Source of the DNA: Desulfatiglandales bacterium
Lineage (GTDB): Bacteria > Desulfobacterota > DSM-4660 > Desulfatiglandales > HGW-15
NCBI GenBank assembly: GCA_963667015.2
Contig: CAXXJJ010000004.1
Span: 1,056,001-1,120,000, forward strand
DNA: 64,000 bases
Reading direction: 5' to 3'
Shown: piece by piece, positions 8,755 through 17,849 of the stretch
Numbering within the stretch: the first letter of the stretch is position 1
How the letters are laid out: each line of letters begins with the position of its first letter
Notes under the pieces: model-generated
Databases searched by the model: none
What the model was told of the DNA's origin: nothing
Seen by the model: only the letters and a program-made list of their open reading frames with translations
Program-made: the position numbers and the translations under genes

Positions 8755-11199
8755 TTACAGATTGTGTTCGCTCCTGTTGATCACATCATCCTGAATGCCG
8801 GGCGAAAGCTGTGTGAAATATGCGCTGAAACCGCCTATCCTTACAATCAGATCCTTATGTTTTTCAGGATTCACCTTGGCGTCTTTAAGTTCATTGGTAT
8901 CAACCATGTTGTACTGAATGTGGGATCCGTTGTTTCCCATAAAGGCGTTTGTGTAGGCAACAAGCTTGTCTATGCTCTCTTCACTCTGCACTATGGATGA
9001 TGAAAACTTCTGGTTAAGAACTGAGGCATAGGATTCCTTTGATCCTGCCTTTAATGCGGACCGGAGCACTGCGGTTGGGCCTTTTTTATCTGCTCCGCGC
9101 ATGGGTGAAAGAGATCCGTCATTGAGCGGTTCAAGCGCCTTTCTTCCGTTGGGAAGCGCACCTGCTCCCAGGCCCCCAAAGTAATGCCAGGCAAGCCCTT
9201 CCCTTGCAACAAGGTATTTCCTGTATGGCGCGTTGTCATAGCTCCTTATTATATCATATGAATCTTTGCTTATTTTACCCACCAGGCTGTCGATCTCATC
9301 AATGTCATTTCCGTATTTGGGCTGGTTAAGGCACATCTGCCTGATCTCTTCACCCCTGGCCCCTTCAAAGTTGCTGTCCAGGGCATCCAGCAGTTCGGTC
9401 ATGGTAAGTTTCTTTTCTTCAAATACCAGTTTCTTAACAGCCATGAGAGAGTCGGCAACGTCCACTATTGCCCTGTCGGATATACCGAACATGGAGTAAT
9501 CAGGATGTGGAATGAGCAGATCCTGTCCGTTTTCCATGGTCTTCTCAATTCCCATTACAGAGAGGAAGGGAAGTCTCATGTGCTTTGGCTGTTCCTTTCT
9601 GGCGATTGCGGCAAGCCAGAAGATGCGATTGGTTATGTATTTTATCTGCTCCATGAGGGCATTATAGATATCGTCAAAACTTTTGAACGCCCTGGGATCA
9701 CCTGTCTCTACACCGGTAAGTGTACCGTTGATATCAACACCGTTATGGAACACCAGGTGAAGCAGTGCCGCCATATTAAAGGCTGCCACACCTTCGGCCC
9801 CGTAGTGTTCTGCCCTCGTGGGCAGGCAGGGGTAAACGCATCCAAGGCCGCACCATTCCCTTGCCTCCTCGACGGGTATGCCGTCTTCTACAAAATGAGA
9901 GATAACAACCTCATCGTTTTCAAACAGGGGAATGCCGCCCTTTGTGGCCATGTTCGTACGGATCGCCTTGTTCATCAGCCATTCGGGTGTCTCTTTGTTC
10001 CAGCGAAGGCCTACTGTTGGGGATGAAAGCTGCAGCAGGCCTACCACGTGGAGAAACAGGTAACTAAGTTCATTTGAGGCGTCTACACCGGTTTTATCTA
10101 CGCCGCCTACCATTATATTATTTATTGCAAAGTTGATCTGGTGGGATTCTTTGAGGCTCTCCGCGGCAACAAAGGTCTGGGTTCCCCATCTTCCGATAAG
10201 TTCGGACAGCAGGTCCGATGCCTTCTCAAGGGTAATGGCATTGCTTTTAATATCCTCTATAAAGTAGGGGTAGAGATACTGGTCGCCTCTTCCCCACTGG
10301 GGATTATTATGCATGGGGTTTTCGTAATTTTTACACACACCGATAATGGACATGCACTGCAGCGCCTCACGGAAGCTCCTTGCCGGAAACTCGGGCACAT
10401 GTCTGCATATACGTGAGATCTCAAGAAGTTCGGCTTTACGCTCTTCATCCGCTTCCTTGGCTGCCATATCTGCTGCAAGATCCGCATACCTGTTGGCGTG
10501 TTTTATTGCAGCTTCACAAACAATAATTGCAGATTCCCAGAAATAGAGTTTGTCGATCCCCGTTTCATGGTTCTTTTTAAAATTTTCTATACGGGTCTTT
10601 GCCTCGTCAATAAAACTCCTTACCCCCTTGTTGAGTATCTTTTCCCACATAAGAACCGATGTGCACTGGCCGTATATTCCCACATCAAGGGTAGGATCCT
10701 TGAGCTTTGCCTTTTCAGCATCCCTTGCCCACGATCCTACTGCCTTTTCCCATGCCTTGTATGTCATTTCGGGAGCGGTTTTACCGGCAAACATGCGTGC
10801 GCTGTTACGAAGAATCTCGATGCTCTCCTTATCCAGCCCCACATTGGCATCCATTGTAACATTAAGCTGTTCATCGTCTTTCCAGATGTCGGGTATATAG
10901 TCTCCGGATATATCAAAGGATGTGGCACATCCTATGATATCGGGTGCAAGACGGCCGGCTATCAGATCACAGTCCTGTATGCGGATTTCAATGTTTTCCA
11001 GGATCTTTTCAAGAAGCCTTGCACGTCGGATCTGGATATCCTGCCCTTCTGTTTTCTGCCATGATTCTGCAGTCCATTTTGCCCTGTCTGCAAAAAGCTT
11101 CCACTCAGACGAGTTCACCGCCTTTTTCCAGTTTTTAATGCGCTCACTCATGGTAAGCTCATCAATTTGTCCAAGCAGGCCGGTATCTATATCTTTCAT
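8755..11199 (-). CDS. glycyl radical enzyme (PFL2/GRE family), substrate unknown
   Basis: C-terminal Gly loop HIQYNMV...LIVRIGGFSAYF; Cys loop WCGLGCVYP; GRGDQYLYPYF; PKYGND; GALPNGR. Confidence 0.92.
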   Translation of the reverse strand: MKDIDTGLLGQIDELTMSERIKNWKKAVNSSEWKLFADRAKWTAESWQKTEGQDIQIRRARLLEKILENIEIRIQDCDLIAGRLAPDIIGCATSFDISGDYIPDIWKDDEQLNVTMDANVGLDKESIEILRNSARMFAGKTAPEMTYKAWEKAVGSWARDAEKAKLKDPTLDVGIYGQCTSVLMWEKILNKGVRSFIDEAKTRIENFKKNHETGIDKLYFWESAIIVCEAAIKHANRYADLAADMAAKEADEERKAELLEISRICRHVPEFPARSFREALQCMSIIGVCKNYENPMHNNPQWGRGDQYLYPYFIEDIKSNAITLEKASDLLSELIGRWGTQTFVAAESLKESHQINFAINNIMVGGVDKTGVDASNELSYLFLHVVGLLQLSSPTVGLRWNKETPEWLMNKAIRTNMATKGGIPLFENDEVVISHFVEDGIPVEEAREWCGLGCVYPCLPTRAEHYGAEGVAAFNMAALLHLVFHNGVDINGTLTGVETGDPRAFKSFDDIYNALMEQIKYITNRIFWLAAIARKEQPKHMRLPFLSVMGIEKTMENGQDLLIPHPDYSMFGISDRAIVDVADSLMAVKKLVFEEKKLTMTELLDALDSNFEGARGEEIRQMCLNQPKYGNDIDEIDSLVGKISKDSYDIIRSYDNAPYRKYLVAREGLAWHYFGGLGAGALPNGRKALEPLNDGSLSPMRGADKKGPTAVLRSALKAGSKESYASVLNQKFSSSIVQSEESIDKLVAYTNAFMGNNGSHIQYNMVDTNELKDAKVNPEKHKDLIVRIGGFSAYFTQLSPGIQDDVINRSEHNL

Positions 11200-11564
11200 A
11201 TTTATTCTCCGTAAAATGTAAAAATCTCCAAATATCTCAAAAATTTTTAATATTTTAAAAAAATAAGCAGATATTATTGATATGTCAATTAATTTAAACA
11301 GTTAATTTTTTTGATTAATCAGTAATTTCGTAAACTTATCGCGTCTTCAACTACTTAGCTGATATATTTTTTCATTTTTTGGACTGCTGCATTGGCATTC
11401 GATATGGCGGAGGGCTGTTTAGCATTGACATACAAAATCTCACTCCATATATTCGACTCTTAAAACAATAGGAATTTATTAGTGTCCGTCCGGATTAAAG
11501 CCGTTTCTGAACGAAGTTTCAACATTCGGTTAAATAATATCAGGATCAAAAAGGAGAAGTCATA

Positions 11565-13655
11565 ATGAGCGGGAAGGTGCATTTTGAAAAACTGTTTTCG
11601 CCTTTTAATATAGGGAAGATGGTGGTTAAAAACCGGATAATAAAGACTGCCGCAGAAATGAATACCCATGACCCCATTGATGCCCACATGAACCAGCGCA
11701 CCATCGACTATGTGGAGGCTGTGGCCAAAGGTGGCGCTGGTATGGTCATACTCTGGAACGCCTACCTTGATTATCCTTTGGGCGCCAGGATGCCCGATGG
11801 ATTGCGAATTGACGATGACGAATACATCCCGGGCTTTAAAAAACTGGCAGATGCGGTCCACAAATACGGCTGTAAATTATCCGCGCAGATGATGCATGCC
11901 GGACCCTGGTGCCCGGCCTCGCTTGCCGGACGCCCGCCGATCGCGGCCTCGGTAATGAGAGAGAACGTGTATGGATTTTTAAGCGATGAAACCGTTGAGG
12001 CAACAATTGCCGAAATTGAAGATATACAGGAAAAGTTCGTAAGGGCCGGGGAGCGCTTCAGGGAGGCAGGTATTGACCACCTTGAGATACACTGCGGCAC
12101 CCAGCACCTGGGCAACACCTTTATGTCCCGTCACTGGAATAAACGCCGGGACCAGTACGGCCCTCAAAGCCTGGAGAACAGGGCCCGTTTCATGGTCGAG
12201 ATCCTTCAGAAGATGAAGAAAAGCCTTGGGCAGGACTTCCCCATCGGAGTCCTCTATAATGCAGCCGAATATGGAGTAGACGACGGCATAACACCTGAAG
12301 AGGGTCAGGAGTTTGGCCGGATATTTGAGGCCGCAGGTGCAGACAACCTTCATCCCAAGGCCGATGGTATGGGGCCCCTTTACAGCCTGATAAACTGGCC
12401 TGAAGCGGTCTGCTATCCCGAGGTTCCGGACCCGTTGCCCAAAGAACTGGATGGTAGCCATAGCGGGGCCGGATTCTGGGTGCCCCTGGCCGCAATGGTA
12501 AGGGATGCGGTTAATATCCCGGTGATTGCCACCGCAGGCATCGACGCCATAATGGCAGAGAAGATCCTGCAGGATGATAAGGCGGATTTTATCGGTATGA
12601 CCAGACGCCTGCTGGCAGATCCGGATCTCCCCAACAAGGCCCTTGAAGGAAGACTTGAAGACATTGCGCCATGTACCCGATGTCTTTCCTGCATAGAGGC
12701 AATACATACACAGTATGTTCCGGGTGAATTTGGAAAATCATTCTGCCGTATAAATGCTTCTCTGGTAAAAGAGCGTGAATACGAGATCAAACAAGCTGAT
12801 AAGAAGAAAAAGGTTATGGTAGTAGGCGGCGGACCCGCAGGAATGGAGGCCGCAAGGGTAGCGGCCTTAAGGGGACACGAAGTGGTACTCTATGAAAAAG
12901 AACATAAACTGGGCGGGTCAGTACCGGTTGCAGCCACGATTAAGGGGGTCGAGATTGAGGACCTTCCTGCCCTGGTCAGCTATCTCGAAACCCAGATCAC
13001 CAAACTGGGTGTTAAGATTCATACCGCAAAAGAGGTCAATAAGGTGCTGGTTGAGAAGGTTAAACCGGATGTGCTCATACTGGCAACAGGCGGGAAGTAT
13101 CATATACCTGAAATACCCGGTATCGATTCCCGCAAGGTGGTCAGGGCAGCCGACCTGAACAGCAAGCTTAAAAAGGCATTAAGGTTTGCAAGCCCGGCCA
13201 AACTCACATGGGCCACCAAATTATGGATGCCCATAGGAAATAAAGTTGTCATTATCGGCGGCGGCATACACGGTCTCCAGACAGCGGTGTTTCTGGTAAA
13301 ACGCGGTAAAAAGGTAACGGTCGTGGAAGAGGCCGAAAAAATGGGTGCAATGGTAATCGAAAACCATAAGGTGCGCCTGTTTGGATGGCTGGAGGAAAAG
13401 GGAGTGCAGATGTTTTCCGGTGCCAGGTATGAGGAGATAACGAATGCTGGCCTGACCATCACTACCAGCGAGGGAGAGAAAATAACCCTTGAGGCAGATA
13501 CAATATTGCCTGCGCTTCCCATGGAGCCCAACAGCGAGATTCTGGAAATCTTTAAGGATACGGCACCTGAAGTCTATCAGATAGGCGATTGCGGTAATCC
13601 TGCACTTATTATAGATGCTATAGGGGACGGTTCACGCATTGGTAGGGCGATATAA
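11565..13655 (+). CDS. NADH:flavin oxidoreductase (old yellow enzyme / dienoyl-CoA-reductase-like, FMN + 4Fe-4S + FAD)
   Basis: KNRI, NKR.DQYG.SLENRARF, LLADPDLP.K, CTRCLSC..C, VVGGGPAGMEAA, IGDC. Confidence 0.92.
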   Translation: MSGKVHFEKLFSPFNIGKMVVKNRIIKTAAEMNTHDPIDAHMNQRTIDYVEAVAKGGAGMVILWNAYLDYPLGARMPDGLRIDDDEYIPGFKKLADAVHKYGCKLSAQMMHAGPWCPASLAGRPPIAASVMRENVYGFLSDETVEATIAEIEDIQEKFVRAGERFREAGIDHLEIHCGTQHLGNTFMSRHWNKRRDQYGPQSLENRARFMVEILQKMKKSLGQDFPIGVLYNAAEYGVDDGITPEEGQEFGRIFEAAGADNLHPKADGMGPLYSLINWPEAVCYPEVPDPLPKELDGSHSGAGFWVPLAAMVRDAVNIPVIATAGIDAIMAEKILQDDKADFIGMTRRLLADPDLPNKALEGRLEDIAPCTRCLSCIEAIHTQYVPGEFGKSFCRINASLVKEREYEIKQADKKKKVMVVGGGPAGMEAARVAALRGHEVVLYEKEHKLGGSVPVAATIKGVEIEDLPALVSYLETQITKLGVKIHTAKEVNKVLVEKVKPDVLILATGGKYHIPEIPGIDSRKVVRAADLNSKLKKALRFASPAKLTWATKLWMPIGNKVVIIGGGIHGLQTAVFLVKRGKKVTVVEEAEKMGAMVIENHKVRLFGWLEEKGVQMFSGARYEEITNAGLTITTSEGEKITLEADTILPALPMEPNSEILEIFKDTAPEVYQIGDCGNPALIIDAIGDGSRIGRAI

Positions 13656-13675
13656 TTCAAAAAGGAGAGGTAATT

Positions 13676-14074
13676 ATGACACGTGATGAATTTGATGTTT
13701 ACCTGAAAAAATTTAACAGCAGGGATTATGAAGGATTTCTTGATTATTTCGCTGATGATAATGAATTCGAACTGGTACATATCGGCGGTTCCTTTAAAAC
13801 CCGGGAATCAGTAAAGAAGTTCTATGATTTTCTTCATGCATATATCAAGGAAAGCGTGATCGTGGATCGTTTTGTTTCTGATGAAAATAATGTGGTGCTT
13901 GAGGTCAGGGTAAAGATTGAGGGAGTGAAGGAATTAACTGCCGACGCAATAGCAGCCTCTGACTGGTCCAGGCTCACACCGCTTAAAGTTGGCCAGGCAG
14001 CAGAGATTCCCCAGTTCATTCATTACCACCTGGAAAATGGAAAATTTGTGAAGGTTGTTTGTGCGGAACTGTAA
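13676..14074 (+). CDS. SnoaL/NTF2-like protein
   Basis: 132 aa; Y...FN..DY....YFADD; HY.LENGKF pattern; RBS AGGAG; co-oriented with OYE gene. Confidence 0.7.
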   Translation: MTRDEFDVYLKKFNSRDYEGFLDYFADDNEFELVHIGGSFKTRESVKKFYDFLHAYIKESVIVDRFVSDENNVVLEVRVKIEGVKELTADAIAASDWSRLTPLKVGQAAEIPQFIHYHLENGKFVKVVCAEL

Positions 14075-14077
14075 TAT

Positions 14078-14314
14078 AGGGTAGATACGCAGGTCAGCCC
14101 CTGTGATATAAAAGATAATAATATTTCTTGTAGAGGCGGACCTGTGTGTCCGCCTGTTTTTTAAATATAAAACCTCTGCACAACAGATTATAAAATTCGG
14201 GCATGATACCCGGATTGTTTTGGGCAGGCACAGGGGCCTGCCCCTACAGGTAAAATAAAAACACCCGGAGATAACCTGTACACAATGTAGGGGTCGAGAC
14301 CCCTGTGTCGGCCC
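14078..14314. repeat. cluster of GTAG-type REP palindromes
   Basis: gtagaggcggac-ctgtgt-gtccgcct (14130-14155), gggcaggc-acaggg-gcctgcccctac (14222-14247), gtaggggtcga..tcggccc (14287-14314), degenerate copy near 14078. Confidence 0.75.
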
Positions 14315-14777
14315 GTCTTTTGTTTTTTTTCATTTCAACAATCCCTCCAGCATCTTCAGAATCCGGCTCAGTAAAATCAAGCGTTCCCCATATCAGGATT
14401 TGTATTTTCAGCTCTTCCTCAAAATAAACTGCATCTATCCTGCATCGGTTATTCTGTCCGGAATTGCTGTTTGCAATGGCAACCAGCGTATTACTGATCC
14501 TTATGGATTCCTCCCTGTCTATATTTTCAGCATGAACTACAGCTGAAACCCATGGTTCGGGCGTAATTTCTGCCTTTGTCTTCTGTACAGGAGAAATACT
14601 TTTCTCCGGATTGGTTCCGGCTCCAACAAAACCGCTTAAATCATTTCCATGTATTCGCCATCGGCCTCCTACTTTATTTGCAGCCAGCTTTCCTTCCTTT
14701 ATATATCTGAGAACTGTTTTTTTATGAACCTCAAGGAGTTCTGCAACCTTTTCAACTGAATAAAGATACCTTTCCAT
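14244..14777 (-). CDS. excisionase/BldC-like MerR-type HTH DNA-binding protein (C-terminus probably frameshifted)
   Basis: YSVEKVAELLEVHKKTVLRYIKEGKL.A.KVGGRWRI HTH_17 motif; the annotated tail runs into REP repeats. Confidence 0.8.
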   Translation of the reverse strand: MERYLYSVEKVAELLEVHKKTVLRYIKEGKLAANKVGGRWRIHGNDLSGFVGAGTNPEKSISPVQKTKAEITPEPWVSAVVHAENIDREESIRISNTLVAIANSNSGQNNRCRIDAVYFEEELKIQILIWGTLDFTEPDSEDAGGIVEMKKNKRRADTGVSTPTLCTGYLRVFLFYL

Positions 14778-14999
14778 TACCTTAAAATCCCCTTTATTAT
14801 TTTTATTGTACCTTTTTACTACCGTTTATTCCTTTTTGTCAACTTTTATTTTAATCGCTAAATTCATTTGACATAGATACATAAGTTATCTATTTTAATT
14901 TTAACTGGCTTGATATTATTAAGTCCTGCCACGCCAGTGCATTATCAGCAGCAAGATCAACCAAATTTTCTGAATAATTACCATGGGAGGAATTAACTG

Positions 15000-15659
15000 A
15001 TGAAAAAAATTACGATAATATTTCTGATTGGTCTATTTTTTCTGGTTAACGTCGGCGCTTCAATTGCAGAAGAAGTAATAAAGCTTCCTGACCCTCAAAC
15101 AGACGGCGGAATGCCTTTAATGAAGGCCTTAAGCCTGAGGAAAAGTACAAGGGGCAACTTTGGACCGGATAAAAAGCTGTCAATGCAGCAGATGTCAAAC
15201 ATGCTCTGGGCTGCCAATGGAATAAACAGACCCGGCACCAACCATCGCACCGCACCTTCAGCTGCCGACTGGCAGAATATCGATATCTACGTTACCACGG
15301 CTGATGGATACTATCTCTATGATGCGAAAACCCATTCACTGAAGGTCCTGGGAAAGGAGGATATTCGTAAAATCAGTGGCCAGCAGCCTTTTGTTACCGA
15401 GGCGCCTGTAAATCTGATATATGTTGCAGACTACGAAAAAGCAAGCTTTGGCGGCCAGAGAATGAAGGACACAGAGGTAACATGGTCATATGCAAATACC
15501 GGAGTTATAGCCCAAAATGTATACCTGTGGTGTGCATCAGAAGGTCTTGCCTGTATTGTCAGGGCAATGGCCGATAAAGACCTGATTGCCAAAACCCTTA
15601 ACCTTAGGCCTGAGCAGCATTTTATGCTGGCACAGACCATTGCACATTTTAAGGACTAG
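15000..15659 (+). CDS. exported nitroreductase / SagB-ThcOx-family protein
   Basis: Signal peptide; GGMPLMKAL..RKSTR; LWAA.G.NR; RTAPSA; QNVYL.CASEGL. Confidence 0.85.
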   Translation: MKKITIIFLIGLFFLVNVGASIAEEVIKLPDPQTDGGMPLMKALSLRKSTRGNFGPDKKLSMQQMSNMLWAANGINRPGTNHRTAPSAADWQNIDIYVTTADGYYLYDAKTHSLKVLGKEDIRKISGQQPFVTEAPVNLIYVADYEKASFGGQRMKDTEVTWSYANTGVIAQNVYLWCASEGLACIVRAMADKDLIAKTLNLRPEQHFMLAQTIAHFKD

Positions 15660-15718
15660 CTGATCTCATAGTGTAAAATTTAATTGTAATAATCATGTTA
15701 TTATGAATTAAAAAAAAC

Positions 15719-15743
15719 AGAGACGGGTTTTAAACCCGTCTCT
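15719..15743. repeat. REP palindrome, copy 2
   Basis: agagacgggttttaaacccgtctct. Confidence 0.75.
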
Positions 15744-15904
15744 TCCCCCAGTGGTAATCCACACATCCCTTCAAGGTACCTTTTTCACAAATATGAGATC
15801 TTCTATTTTAAACACAGTAATGGGACATCTTTAAATAAGCCGGTAGACTTTAGAGTAACAAGTGTTTACATTATACAAATACCAACCTTTTTAGAGAGAA
15901 TAAT

Positions 15905-17827
15905 ATGTTTCGATATGCAAGATACCTTTTTTTCTTCTTTTCTCTCCTCATCACCCTATCGGCCTATGCTGAAGACCGCCCGTTTGAAATAAAGACCAAT
16001 GCAAAGGTGGTTGCCTTTGGGGATGTTCATGGTGCCTTTGATGAACTGGTTTCACTTCTTAAAGAAACAGGAATGATTGATAGCGATCTAATCTGGACCG
16101 GTGGTGACAGCCATCTTGTAAGTCTTGGGGATCTCGTAGACAGGGGTCCACGGTCACGTGATGTTGTTGATCTTATCATGAAACTGCAGTCCCAGGCCCC
16201 TGAATCAGGAGGAGAAGTACATGTGCTGCTCGGTAATCATGAACTTATGTCTTTGACCGGCAACCGTGATTACGCCAAAAAGTCTGACTATGCAGCTTTT
16301 GCTCAGGATGAAACAGAAAGGGAAAGGAATGATCTTAGACAGAGATACATTAAAGATCATGAAAATAAAAAAGAAAAAGATTTCAGTGAAGAATTTGACA
16401 GACTTTTTCCGCCGGGCTTTATAGCGCTGGACAGGGCATTCAGCCTGAACGGCTATATAGGAAAATGGCTTCTGGCTCAACCGGTTATACTTAAAATAAA
16501 TGACACGGTTTTTGTACATGGCGGAATCCCATCGGGTTTTGTAAAAAAATCTCTTTCTGAAATAAATGAAGAAGGCAGGACACACCTGAACAGATATCTA
16601 AAGACCGTTGACCGGTTGAGTGCAGCGAACATTTTACCGAAATATGTCGGTTTTTATGATCGCCTGCCCTACCTCAACAGCAAGGCAAAAAAGTTAATAG
16701 ATGCCGATCCGGAGGTTAACACCAATCCCCAAAAACGACCTGCATGGTTCAATGATGTGCTGGAACTTAATGAATCTCAGCAGTCATGGATATTTACCGG
16801 TGAAGGTCCCCTGTGGTACAGGGGCACATCGGTCTGTAATGTTAACTGCGAATCATTCAATACAGAGAGATTTCTGAAAAATGTGAAGGCTGCACGTGTC
16901 GTGGTCGGGCATACTCCAACCTCCGGTCACCAGGTAATCGATCGAATGGACGGGATGGTTTTACGCCTTGATACGGGTATGCTGAACAGCTACTACAGGG
17001 GGCAGGCATCTGCTCTGATAATCGAGAAGGACCATTTATATGTTCACTACCCGGGGAACCCTGAAAAAACGCCTCCGGAGAAGGAAAGCTTCAGCCTTTC
17101 CAGAAAACTTTCCGGGATGAACGATTCGGAGCTGGAGGATTTTCTGTTAACAGGCGAGATGATCAATAAAAAGGATCTGGGCACGGGTATCACCAGGCCA
17201 ATGAAAATCACACTTAAGAAGGGTGAGAAAACTATAAACGCAGTGTTCAAGACATATGACTCCAGTCCCGGTTTTGAGAATACAGGAACGAGCTTTAGAA
17301 ACAGAGGCTCTGATGAAACTGACAGATACGTTTATGATGTAGCAGCCTATCGTCTGGACAGAATGCTTGATCTGCAGATGGTGCCGACTGCAGTTCTGAG
17401 GAAAATAGACGGAAAAGAGGGAGTTCTACAGTACTGGGTAGAAAACAGTATCAATGAAAGGGACAGAGAAAAAGACAATATTTCATTTGACAGTTTCTGC
17501 AGCAAAAAGGAACAATACTGGTTGAGATATCTATTTGATATTCTAATATATAATGAAGACCGAAACCTGACAAACATCCTCTGGACGAAAAATGATTTCA
17601 TGATGGTATTTATAGATCACTCAAGGGCATTCAGCAACAGTGGAAGTCGCCCAAAAATGTATCGAAAAGTCCCTTTGTATATATCTGATTTTTTGAGGAA
17701 AAAGCTTGAAAACTTAAACACGGACAACCTGAATGAAGCGCTGTCGCCCTATCTTAACAGGTTTCAGATCAACGCGATCATAAAGCGAAGAGACCGAATC
17801 ATGAAGGAAGGGAAATATACCGGTTAA
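15905..17827 (+). CDS. secreted fusion: Shewanella-like metallophosphatase + atypical (PI3/4K/Fam20/HipA-like) kinase domain
   Basis: Signal peptide (SAYA-E); GDVHG, GDLVDRG, GNHE, HGG, GHT phosphatase motifs; C-terminal GTGIT.P..AVFK..AAYRLD.ML...MVP....R, FD.LIYNEDRN..N, IDHSRAF kinase-like motifs. Confidence 0.8.
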   Translation: MFRYARYLFFFFSLLITLSAYAEDRPFEIKTNAKVVAFGDVHGAFDELVSLLKETGMIDSDLIWTGGDSHLVSLGDLVDRGPRSRDVVDLIMKLQSQAPESGGEVHVLLGNHELMSLTGNRDYAKKSDYAAFAQDETERERNDLRQRYIKDHENKKEKDFSEEFDRLFPPGFIALDRAFSLNGYIGKWLLAQPVILKINDTVFVHGGIPSGFVKKSLSEINEEGRTHLNRYLKTVDRLSAANILPKYVGFYDRLPYLNSKAKKLIDADPEVNTNPQKRPAWFNDVLELNESQQSWIFTGEGPLWYRGTSVCNVNCESFNTERFLKNVKAARVVVGHTPTSGHQVIDRMDGMVLRLDTGMLNSYYRGQASALIIEKDHLYVHYPGNPEKTPPEKESFSLSRKLSGMNDSELEDFLLTGEMINKKDLGTGITRPMKITLKKGEKTINAVFKTYDSSPGFENTGTSFRNRGSDETDRYVYDVAAYRLDRMLDLQMVPTAVLRKIDGKEGVLQYWVENSINERDREKDNISFDSFCSKKEQYWLRYLFDILIYNEDRNLTNILWTKNDFMMVFIDHSRAFSNSGSRPKMYRKVPLYISDFLRKKLENLNTDNLNEALSPYLNRFQINAIIKRRDRIMKEGKYTG

Positions 17828-17849
17828 CCCTTTTTAAAAGAGAAAAATA

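Noticed and set aside
9505..12707. Long antisense/alternate-frame ORFs over the GRE and OYE genes (e.g. 173, 188, 242 aa)
   Set aside because: Shadow ORFs of well-supported genes, with no motifs of their own
14244..14777. Prophage/ICE boundary suggested by the excisionase-like HTH
   Set aside because: No integrase, att-like repeat or phage genes nearby; more likely a stand-alone regulator
8722..15743. CRISPR interpretation of the palindromic repeats
   Set aside because: Copies are dispersed, not regularly spaced with unique spacers, and no cas genes are present
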